From positions 14,820,481 to 14,884,480 of the forward strand of contig NC_057719.1 in assembly GCF_004010195.1 (NCBI RefSeq): a stretch of 64,000 nucleotides of DNA. Reading direction: 5' to 3'. The position numbers and the translations under genes were made by a program. Numbering within the stretch: position 1 is the first letter of the stretch; every line of letters begins with the position of its first letter. Shown here piece by piece: positions 47,865 through 59,400 of the stretch. This DNA comes from Chiloscyllium plagiosum. Its lineage: Eukaryota. The notes below the pieces were generated by a model that worked only from the letters and a program-made list of their open reading frames with translations, ran no database searches and was not told the DNA's origin.

Positions 47865-50177
47865 TTTTTATTTAGGTTTTACCTAGGTACTTGTACCTAA
47901 AGTGGCACCATGAGAGGCAATATTGTAAAATTTTTCACTGTACTTGACTACACGTGACAATAAAGACCAAAAAGATCATGGCTGCGGTAAATCAGAAACA
48001 ATAACAAAAGTTGTTGGAAAAGCTCAGCAGGTTTGGCAGCATCTGGGAAGAGTTTACAGAAGTTGCTCTTCAGAGGTTCTCTTCACAGATGCTACCAGAC
48101 CTGCTGAGCTTTTTCAGCAACCTCTATTTTTATTTCTGACGATAAAGGATATTCTATTCCATTCTGTTCTAAATGCTTGGCCAAGAAGGCGATTCTAATG
48201 GGTGTCTTAAGAATAGGGTGAAGGATAGGGTTGTGGAGAGCTTTAGAGAGAGAATTCCAGAGCTTAGAAACCACCATGAGCATTGCCACAGGCAATCGGA
48301 TTGCCTTCTATGATATTTGCAGGAAATGGTCGGACAACCAGACACGTAGCTATTCACAAACCAGCACTGATCATTTTGAAATGTGTAGAATGACAAATGT
48401 TCTATGAAATGCTTTATTTCTTCACTTTGCAAATGAAATAGGTACATAACTCACTTTTCTTTGAAATTGTACTGGCCTATTTTATCCTGCCTGCATTTGT
48501 CTTCCCTTATTATTCAACCACGAATAATTGATCTTTTGAAGCTGAAGTCAATTCAGTATAAGATCTCTGTTTCAGTAAAGAGAGATGACAGATATTCAAA
48601 CAAACCATCACGACGAAAGTGATCTAGGAGAAACTGCATAGAGATCGAGAAAGCTTTTGGTTGTTCATAATAAAGTAATCCAAGGCTCCTGCATTAATGC
48701 ATAAAATGTTGTTATTTAAAACTTACTGCTGTGATCAAAAAGAAAAAGTACACCATTGAGTATAATCTCAGTGGTAGCTACACGCTTGCATATGCTGGTC
48801 CTGGCCTAGATTCCACCTCAACTGGAGACTTAACTCATTTCAGATATTCTCACACATAATAAAAGATTATAAATAATTATGCTAGGAATGATTTAAGAAT
48901 ACATGTTTTAGTATTAATTAAAATGAATACAATTTTGTAGTTTACTAGTGATTTCAGCTTATGAGGAATGCATTTACAACCCTTTAGAAATTACTTTTAA
49001 CCAAAATTATATGTACCTTCAAGGACTATGTTCAACTAGACATAATTTGGTATCCATGGCTGTTTACTTAACATCTCTGCCAAGATTAAAAAGCATTATA
49101 AAGATATGATAGTGATAATTCTCTGAGCTGACAGTACCTATTTTTCACTTCTCCTAGGTGAGCTATTGCCACCTTTGAAATCAAGGTAAATATTTCTTAA
49201 TACTGTCACAAAACTGGGCAATTTGTATTCCAAAGACCAAAGAGAAAAACGTAATACAGACATTACATCAAATAATTCCATGGGCCCATTCTGAGATCCA
49301 AAGACTCTCTCCAGCTCTCAGAAATCGGTTCATTATTCTTTCAAGTGACTTTCATAGTACTCATCACCAAGATACTGATGTCATTTAAGTAAATGGCGAT
49401 TGTGTCATTGGAAAAGGGTAAGGCCTATGTTGACGCCTTCAGTCCTTAGAGACATCATTTACCCATTAGCAAGCTGAAGGGGTCACGGTGACCTAAGGGG
49501 TCATAAGCATCATGAAGTGCCAAGCATAGGAGAGAACAGGAAAACAATCATAATTAAATTGGAGAGGGTGAGTAATACATGGGAAGGTCTTGATATTATT
49601 TCTTATAAAGCACAATGAAAGTGAATTTTTAAAACTTTATAGGCTTTGAACAGAACTCCTTTTGGTGCTTTACCCCCTGTGGTTAAAATACATACAAGAC
49701 TCTCTTTGGGAATTTAATTCAAATTCATCAAGCAATGATTTTTTGATTTTAATGAATGGTCATTACGTTGCACTAAATTTTCTCTAAATTTACTTGATTA
49801 AGTTGACTAGGTCAACAATTGCTGTACTCCTATTGCAACAAACGCATCGAAATGTATACTCTTTCAAAAATAGCCAATATCATCTGAATTTCTATGTGAG
49901 CTTGGTTAGAATGCCATTTCACAACCAGCTTGGGTTCAGAGCACCATTACATTAGACCTTCTTTCTCTGCTGTCAGATCGAGCTAAACATAAATTCAGGA
50001 TAATTGTGCTCATGGTTGATGATTCAGTCAAACTATCCAAAAAGAGATTTCGAATTATCCAAGAAGCGATTTCTTACTGGATGGGGAATAAGAGCTGAAT
50101 CTAATCCTGTTCCAGATGGTTAAATGGTGTATTCAGCCGACTGGGTCCAATGCCTTTTTGCATTGACTTAACATGGT

Positions 50178-50490
50178 GGGCGGCACGGTGGCACAGTGGT
50201 TAGCACTGCTGCCTCACAGCGCCAGAGACCCGGGTTCAATTCCTGCCTCAGGCGACTGATTGTGTGGAGTTTGCACGTTCTCCCCGTGTCTGCGTGGGTT
50301 TCCTCCAGGTGCTCCGGTTTCCTCCCACAGTCCAAAAGATGTGCAGATAAGGTGAATTGGCCATGCTAAATTGCCCGTAGTGTTAGGTAAGGGGTAAATG
50401 TAGGGGTATGGGTGGGTTGTGCTTCGGTGGGGCGGTGTGGACTTGTTGGGCTGTAGGGCCTGTTTCCATACTGTAAGTAATCTAATCTAA
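50178..50490 (+). mobile_element. HE1-like V-SINE (well preserved, intact A and B boxes)
   Basis: A box tggcacagtgg, B box ggttcaattcc, V-domain, (taatc)n tail. Confidence 0.95.
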
Positions 50491-50919
50491 AAAAAATTAC
50501 AAAGTTAATGTCTTGCAGACCTTTAGTGAAGGGAGAACCCTCCATGTGCTTCTAAGCCACATTTTCCACTCATTCATAGTAAATGTCAAGAAGAATTAAG
50601 CTATAACTTAGCATAGCACACCCAAACTTCTGATCAAAGCTATTTCAGATCCCCTGAAAAAAACCAGTTAATCCAATCTCTGAATCAAATGGTAGAGGCT
50701 GTTAAGGTTGGACAGCACAAAGCAGCTTTCCCTTCCTTTTTAAGGAGAAGGTGTGTAGAACGTTAAGTTGCTTAGGAAAGCTCAAGAGAAAAGTTGAAGT
50801 GAAGAGATGATAGTGAAAGTGAATATTATCAATGTAAAAGAAGAAAATGTTGAAATGTACTGCAGAGCAATCAACAATAGACAGTAAAAGATAGTTTGAC
50901 ATTTTCAGGGTTCAAAAGG

Positions 50920-51245
50920 TCAGCATGACTAGTTAGCGCTCTTTTCATCCATTAGCACTCATCCCAGAAATTTGCCAGCTCAGGTTCTATTCCTGGACTT
51001 GAAAACACTGTTGATTGATGTTCTACTGACTCAATAACCAAGTATTAAACTATCTGAATGCAGTTCTCTGAACTAGATGTCATCTGCCTCTTTGAGTTGA
51101 TGCTGACCAACACTTCTCCTTCAGTCAAGACTCATTGATTATAACCAGTTGCTCAATATACATACACTTATTAAAGCCTTGACCACATTACATTTCACAG
51201 GCATCAACTGCAAGTAAAGCGCTTTGCTGGTGTGCAAGAGTTATT
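50920..51245 (+). mobile_element. Possible highly degraded DeuSINE
   Basis: caggttctattcctggacttga head-like; gtaaagcgctttg tail-like. Confidence 0.3.
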
Positions 51246-51896
51246 GTCTTCTCACTTTATTTCTTACTTTTATAACTTACACTATGAATCACGATGAGGT
51301 AATGTAACCTTTTTTCTTTATCTCTCTAATTCGTATCTAAGATTTGTACTGAGATACTTCGTACCTAAGATGGCACCACTGAGGCAACATTGTAAACTTT
51401 TCACTGTACTCTTGTACTTCTGGGCTTGAGTACACATGACAATAAAGCAAATGCTATTCTATTATCAATATATACAGAAAGTTTTCTTTCTTTCATCCAG
51501 GGGTAAAACAAAGTTTGATCATTTGCTCTGTACTGTAACCTGTATGTGCTCTTATACAGGTCAAAGGCTGAGGAATGTTGGATAGGAATGATTTGAGAAT
51601 AATATTGTACATAAAAGGAAAAACCGTGGTTTCTTGGTCTAGAAATCATGAGATCTCATCTTTTGCGTTTTGGGGGTTACTTTTGGCGTGTTGGGATGGG
51701 AGAAAGTGGTTGAATGGAGAGTTGGAGAATGGACCAATCTCTGCACCTGAATCGTGTACCACAATATTATGCCTTGAGTCTCATTGCAATGCGGCAGGTG
51801 AGCTTTGAAACAGAGCAGTAGAGGTGACCATTCAGTGAGCAAAGAAAATGAAGTAAGGAGGATAAAGAGCATTCATGGAGATGGAAGGGTCAGGCA

Positions 51897-51965
51897 AGAG
51901 AGAGAGTGTGTGTGTGTGAGACAGACAGAGACAGAAAGAGAGAGAGAGAAGAAGAAGAAGAAGGG
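51897..51965. repeat. Compound GA/GT/GAA microsatellite
   Basis: Read directly. Confidence 0.9.
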
Positions 51966-52597
51966 AGGGAGCCAGCATGCATACCAAAGAGCTGGAATCA
52001 TCACACTAAGTGCAAATAAAATGCAGATTTGATTTTACAAATAAAGATGGAGTTTGTAAAACAAATGCACATGCACATTCACAAAGACATAGATGTCTTC
52101 TCTACACATAATACAGATGTTAATGATTTCATCATCTGAAGCACCCTTAAAAATTTCAGAAGCTTTTGTGATTTAGGTTTTCAGTCTAAAAAAAGACACG
52201 TGTTTCGCTCTCAAGCAGTACATGTACATTTCAATCTTACTGTCCGTCTGTCCATCTGTTTGTTTGCACGTTGCCAGGATTTTGACTTGGAAAGGGGGTT
52301 GTTTTGTAGCAGATGGATGTCTTCTCTCAAACCAAACAACATTTTCATTTGTTTCTTGGGTTATTTGGTCTTAATCAAGCGACTTAAAAATCGGAATAAA
52401 TCCTACTTTGTTTCATGCAATACAATTATATTTGGAGGGAAAAAGTGGAGGGGAAGATTTTACACCTTCCAGTTGTCCCTTAATGTCAATGAGGAGCAAT
52501 TATAAAAGATTGGAAATGAGAAACAATTGATAATTTCTCCCCGTTTATTGTAATTATCAGGCTCAACACCATCACTACCTGTCATCAATGTTACCCC

Positions 52598-52759
52598 TGA
52601 ACAGGAGAATCGACGTTTCAGGCATAAGCCCTTCTTCCTGAAGAAGGGCTTATGCCGGAAATGTCGATTCTCCTGTTCCTTGGATGCTGCCTGACCTGCT
52701 GCACTTTTCCAGCAACACATTTTCAGCTCTGATCTCCAGCATCTGCAGCCCTCACTTTC
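52598..52759. mobile_element. Fold-back PLE terminus (P1) with hammerhead core
   Basis: ttcCTGAAGAagggcttatgccgGAAAtgtcga; flanked by the exact 16-bp repeat tcatcaatgttacccc (52582-52597, 52760-52775). Confidence 0.85.
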
Positions 52760-52819
52760 TCATCAATGTTACCCCAACAATCAGCCTCCACTTCTCCAGA
52801 ATCACCTCAACCATTACAA

Positions 52820-53075
52820 TTGCGGATGTATTGGCTATAATTTTCTAATGTTCCCTAGAATCCAGAAATGTAACACATTTCAAAAAAAGAAAGGGCAAAG
52901 AACAGGAAGCTATCAGCCAGTTTTTATAATGACCTGTCATTGGAAAATACTATAATCTATTAGGAAACTGAGAAACCATAACATAATCCGACAGAGTCAA
53001 CATGGTTTTGTGAAAGGAAATCATTGTCGGTCATTCTTTGTAATGAGCTAGGTGTATAGAGGGGAATTTAGACTG
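52820..53075 (+). mobile_element. Degraded CR1 RT fragment
   Basis: atccgacagagtcaacatggttttgtgaaaggaaat = IRQSQHGFVKG. Confidence 0.65.
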
Positions 53076-53423
53076 CAACACCCACATCCTATGAAAACAA
53101 TTTAGATTTATTGCCAATCCCTAATTGTCAGTTGTTTCTTTTTCCCTAACTCCCTAGATATGCAATTCAGATGGTTATATTGTAAAAAGAAACCAATGGT
53201 CTTAAAACAGGTGTTTTAATTTGTAATACTGAAGATGGCCCAGCATTGTCAGTCCTGTAACTGAATTATGGGATTCAGTGCACTGGAGATATTCAGGCTA
53301 CTCACTTGTAGTATTATATTATAATATTGAAATACAGGCACCACAGCTTTTGAGATTTATCTACCTCAATGATTGACTTGCTGCTTAAAACTTGCTCGGA
53401 GCGAATCACAGTAGAGAAAGATA

Positions 53424-56400
53424 TAATATTATGGGATAGGGGATGGAACACTGGCAGCATCACTGTAACCCAGTAACCCCCGGTTAATGTTCTGGGATAG
53501 GGGATGGTGCAGTGACAGTCTCACTGTATACCAGTAACCCCCGGTTAATGTTCTGGGATAAGGGACGGTGCAGTGGCATAATCACTGTAACCAAGTAACC
53601 CCCGGTTAATATTCTGGGAAAAGGGATGGTGCAGTGACAACATCACTATAACCCAGTAACCCCCGGTTAATGTTCTGGGATAGGGGATGCTGCAGTGGCA
53701 GCATCACTGTAACCCAGTAACCCCTGGTTAATGTTGTGGGAGAGGGGATGGTGCAGTGACAGTCTTACTGTACTGTAACACAGTAAACACCGGTTAATGT
53801 TCTGGGATAAGGGATGGTGCAGTGACAGTCTGACTGTAACCCAGTAACCCCCGGTCAACGTTCTGGGATCGGGATGGTGCAGTGGCAGCATCACTGTAAC
53901 CCAGTAACCCCCGGTTAATGTTCTGGGATAAGGGATACTGCAGTGGCAGCATCACTGAAACCCAGTAACCCCCCAGTTAATGTTCTGGGATAAGGGATGG
54001 TGCAGTGGCAGCATCACTGAAACCCAGTAACCCCCCAGTTAATGTTCTGGGATAGGGGATGGTACAGTGGCAGTCTCACTGTACTGTAACCCAGTAACCC
54101 CCGGTTAATGTTCTGGGATAGGGAATGGTGCAGTGGCAGCATCACTGTAACCCAGTAACCCCGGTTAATGTTCTGGGATAGGGAATGGTGCAGTGGCAGC
54201 ATCACTGTAACCCAGTAAGCCCCGGTTAATTTTCTGGTATAAGGGATGATGCAGTGGCAGCATCACTGTAACCCAGTAAGCCCCGGTTAATGTTCGGGGA
54301 GAGGGGATTGTGCAGTGGCAGTCTCACTGTAACCCAGTAACCCTCGGTTAATGTTCTGGGATAGGGGATGGTGCAGTGACAGTCTTACTGTACAGTAACC
54401 CAGTAACCCCTGGTTAATGTTCTGGGATAAGGGATGGTGCAGTGACAGTCTCACTGTAACCCAGTAACCTCCGGATAATGTTCTGGGAGAGGGGATGGTG
54501 CAGTGGCAGCATCACTGTAACCCAGTAACCCCTGGTTAATGTTCTGGGAAAGGGGATGGTGCAGTGACAGTCTTACTGTACTGTAACACAGTAACCCGCG
54601 GATAATGTTCTGGGATATGGGATGGTGCAGTGACAGTCTCACTTTAACCCAGTAACCTCCAGTTAATGTTCTGGGAGGGGGGATGCTGCAGTGACAGTCT
54701 TATTGTACTGTACCCCAGTAACCCCCGGGTAATGTTCTGGGAGAGGGGATGGTGCAGTGGCAGCATCACTGTAACCCAGTAACCCCCGGTTAATGTTCTA
54801 GGATAAGGGATGGTGCAGTGGCAGCATCACTGTAACACAGGAACCCCCGGTTAATGTTCTGGGATAGCGGATTGTGCGATGGCAGTCCCACTGTACGCCA
54901 GTAACCCCTGGTTAATGTTCTGGGATAGGGGATGGTACAGTGACAGTGTCACTGTACTGTAACCCAGTAACCCCCGGTTAATGATCGGGGATGGGGGATG
55001 ATGCAGTGGCAGCATCACTGTAACCCAGTAACCCCCGGTTAATGTTCTTGGATAAGGGATGGTGCAGTGGCAGCATCACTGTAACACAGTAACCCCCGGT
55101 TAATGTTCTGGGATAGCGGATTGTGCGATGGCAGTCCCACTGTACGCCAGTAACCCCCGGTTAATGTTCTGGGATAGGGAATGGTGCAGTGGCAGCATCA
55201 CTGTAACACAGTAACCCCAGGTTAATGTTCTGGGAGAGGGGATGGTGCAGTGGCAGCATCACTGTAACCCAGTAAGCCCCGGTTAATGTTCTGGGATAGG
55301 GGACGGTGCAGTGACAGTCTTACTGTACTGTAACACAGTAACCCCCGGTTAATGTTCTGGGAGAAGGGATGGTGCAGTGGCAGCATCACTGTAATCCAGT
55401 AACCCCGGGTTAATGTTCTGGGATAGGGGATGGTGCAGTGGCAGCATCACTGTAATCCAGTAACCCCGGGTTAATGTTCTGGAAGAGGGGATGGTGCAGT
55501 GGCAGCATCACTGTAACACAGTAACCCCTGGTTAATGTTGTGGGAAAGGGGCTGGTGCAGTGGCAGTCTCACTGTAAAGCAGTAACTCCCGGTTAATATT
55601 CTGGGAGAGGGGATGGTGCAGTGGCAGTCTACTGTAAAGCAGTCACCCCCGGTTAATGTTCTGGGAGAAGGGATGGTGCAGTGGCAGCATCACTGTAATC
55701 CAGTCCCCCCGGGTTAATGTTCTGGGATAGGGGATGTTGCAGTGGCAGCATCACTGTAAAACAGTAACCCCTGGTTAATGTTGAGGGAAAGGGGCTGGTG
55801 CAGTGGCAGTCTCACTGTAAAGCAGTAACCACCGGTTAATGTTCTGGGATAGGGGATGGTGCAGTGGCAGCATCACTGTAACACAGTAACCTCGGGTTAA
55901 TGTTCTGGGAAAGGGGATGGTGCAGTGACAGTCATATTTTACTGTAACCCAGTNNNNNNNNNNNNNNNNNNNNNNNNNNNNNNNNNNNNNNNNNNNNNNN
56001 NNNNNNNNNNNNNNNNNNNNNNNNNNNNNNNNNNNNNNNNNNNNNNNNNNNNNNNNNNNNNNNNNNNNNNNNNNNNNNNNNNNNNNNNNNNNNNNNNNNN
56101 NNNNNNNNNNNNNNNNNNNNNNNNNNNNNNNNNNNNNNNNNNNNNNNNNNNNNNNNNNNNNNNNNNNNNNNNNNNNNNNNNNNNNNNNNNNNNNNNNNNN
56201 NNNNNNNNNNNNNNNNNNNNNNNNNNNNNNNNNNNNNNNNNNNNNNNNNNNNNNNNNNNNNNNNNNNNNNNNNNNNNNNNNNNNNNNNNNNNNNNNNNNN
56301 NNNNNNNNNNNNNNNNNNNNNNNNNNNNNNNNNNNNNNNNNNNNNNNNNNNNNNNNNNNNNNNNNNNNNNNNNNNNNNNNNNNNNNNNNNNNNNNNNNNN

Positions 56401-59400
56401 NNNNNNNNNNNNNNNNNNNNNNNNNNNNNNNNNNNNNNNNNNNNNNNNNNNNNGATAAGGGATGGTGCAGTGGCAGCATCGCTGTAACGCAGTAACCTCG
56501 GGTTAATGTTCTGGGATAGGGGATGGTGCAGTGGCAGCATCACTGTAACACAGTAACCCCAGGTTAATGTTCTGGGAGAGGGGATGGTGCAGTGACAGTC
56601 TCACTGTAACCCAGTAACCCCCGATTAATGTTCTAGGATAATGGATGGTGCAGGGGCAGCATCACTGTATCCCAGTAAACCCCGGTTAATGTTCTGGGAT
56701 AGGGGATGGTGCAGTGACAGTCTCACTGTAATCCATTAACCCCCGGTTAATGTTCTGGGATAGGGGATGGTGCAGTGACAGTCTTACTGTACAGTAACCC
56801 AGTAACCCCTGGTTAATGTTCTGGGATAAGGGATGGTGCAGTGTCAGCATCACTGTAACCCAGTAAGCCCCGGTTAATGTTCTGGGATAAGGGATGGTGC
56901 AGTGGCAGCATCACTGTAACCCAGTAACCTTCGGTTAATGTTCTGGGAGAGGGGATGCTGCAGTGACAGTCTTATTGTACTGTAACACTGTAACCCCCGT
57001 TTAATTTTCTGGGATAGGGGATGCTGCAGTGGCAGCATCACTGTAACCCAGTAACCCCTGGTTAATGTTCTGGGATAGGGGATGGTGCAGTCGCAGCATC
57101 ACTGTACCCCAGTAACCGCCAGTTAATGTTCTGAGATAAGGGATGGTGCAGTGGCAGCATCTCTGTAACCCAGCAAACCCCGGTTAATGTTCTGGGATAG
57201 GGGATGGTGCAGTGGCAGCATCACTGTAACCCAGTAACCCCTGGTTAATATTGTGGGAGAGGGGATTGTGCAGTGACAGTCTTAATGTACTCTAACACAG
57301 TAAACCCCGGTTAATATTCTGGGATAAGGGATGGTGCAGTGACAGTCTCACTGTAACCCAGTAACCCCCGATTAATGTTCCAGGATAATGAATGGTGCAG
57401 TGGCAGCATCACTGTAACCCAGTAACCCCCGGTTAATGTTCTGGGATAGGGGATGGTGCAGCAGCAGCATCACTGTACCCCAGTAACCGCCAGTTAATGT
57501 TCTGAGATAAGGGATGGTGCAGTGGCAGTCGCACTGTACTGTAACCCAGTAACCCAGGTTAATGTTCTGGGATAGGGGATGGTGCAGTGGCAGCATCACT
57601 GTAACCCAGTAAGCCCCGGTTAATGTTCTGGGATAGGGGATTGTGCAGTGGCAGTCTAACTGTAACCCAGTAACCCTCAGTTAATGTTCTGGGATAGGGG
57701 ATGGTGCAGTGACTGTCTTACTGTACAGTAACCCAGTAACCCCTGGTTAATGTTCTGGGATAAGGGATGGTGCAGTGACAGTCTCACTGTAACCCAGTAA
57801 CCTCGGGTTAATGTTCTGGGATAGGGGATGGTGCAGTGGCAGCATCACTGTAACACAGTAACCCCCGGTTAATGTTCTGCGATAGGGAATGGTGCAGTGA
57901 CAGTCTTACTGTACAGTAACCCAGGAACCCCTGGTTAATGTTCTGGGATAGGGGATGGTGCAGTGACAGTCTCACTGTAATCCATTAACCCCCGGTTAAT
58001 GTTCTGGGATAGGGGATGGTGCAGTGACAGTCTTACTGTACAGTAACCCAGGAACCCCTGGTTAATGTTCTGGGAGAGGTGATGGTGCAGTGACAGTCTT
58101 ATTTTACTGTAACCCAGGAACCCCCGGTTAATGTTCTGGGATAGGGGATGCTGCAGTGGCAGCATCACTGTCACCCAGTAACCCCTGGTTAATGTTCTGG
58201 GATAGCGGATGGTGCAGTGGCAGCATCACTGTAACCCAGTAACCCTTGGTTAATATTGTGGGAGAGCGGATGGTGCAGTGACAGTCTAACTGTACTCTAA
58301 CACAGTAACCCCCGATTAATGTTCTATGATAATGGATGGTGCAGTGGCAGCATCACTGTAACACAGTAACCCCCAGTTAATGTTCCGGGATAGGGGATGG
58401 TGCAGTGGCAGCATCACTGTACCCCAGTAACCCCCGGTTAATGTTCTGGGATAGGGGATGGTGAAGCAGCAGCATCACTGTACCCCAGTAACCCCCCAGT
58501 AAATGTTCTGGGATAAGGGATGGTGCAATGGCAGTCTCACTGTACTGTAAGCCAGTAACCCCGGTTAATGTTCTGGGATAGGAGATGGTGCAGTGGCAGC
58601 ATCACTGTAACCCAGTAAGCCCCGGTTTCTTTTCTGCGATAAGGGATGATGCAGTGGCACCATCACTGTAACCCAGTAAGCCCCGGTTAATGTTCTGGGA
58701 TAGGGGATTGTGCAGTGGCAGTCTCACAGAAACCCAGTAACCCTCGTTTAATGTTCTGAGATAGGGGATGGTGCAGTGACTGTCTTACTGTACAGTAACC
58801 CAGTAACCACGGTTAATGTTCTGGGATAAGGGATGGTGCAGTGGCAGTCTCACTGTACTGTCACCCAGTAAGCCCCGGTTAATGTTCTGGGATAGGGGAT
58901 TGTGCAGTGGCAGTCTCACTGAAACCCAGCAACCCTCGTTTAATGTTCTGAGATAGGGGATGGTGCAGTGACTGTCTTACTGTACAGTAACCCAGTAACT
59001 GCGGTTAATGTTCTGGGATAAGGGATGGTGCAGTGACAGTCTCACTGCAACCCAGTAACCCCCGGTTAATGTTCTGGGATTGGGAATGGTGCAGTGACAG
59101 TCTCACTGTATTCCATTAACCCCCGGTTATTGTTCTGGGATAGAGGATGGTGCAGTGACAGTCTTACTGTACAGTAACCCAGTAACCCCTGGTTAATGTT
59201 CTGGGATAAGGGATGGTACAGTGACAGTCTCACTGTAACCCAGTAACCCCCGGTTAATGTTCTTGGAGAGGGGATGTTGCAGTGGCAGCATCATTGTAAC
59301 CCAGTAACCCCCGGTAAATGTTCTGGGATAAGGGATGGTGCAGTGGCAGTCTTACTGTACTGTACCCGCGGATAATGTTCTGGGATATGGGATGGTGCAG

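Noticed and set aside
48720..48750. Minus-strand acceptor/donor juxtaposition (cacagCAgtaagt)
   Set aside because: Would imply a 2-nt exon and is not an AG|GT recursive site.
50192..50240. V(D)J recombination signal heptamer cacagtg
   Set aside because: Part of the SINE A box; no nonamer at 12/23 spacing and no Ig/TCR segments seen.
50178..50250. tRNA gene
   Set aside because: The A and B boxes belong to an HE1 SINE head continuing into the V-domain.
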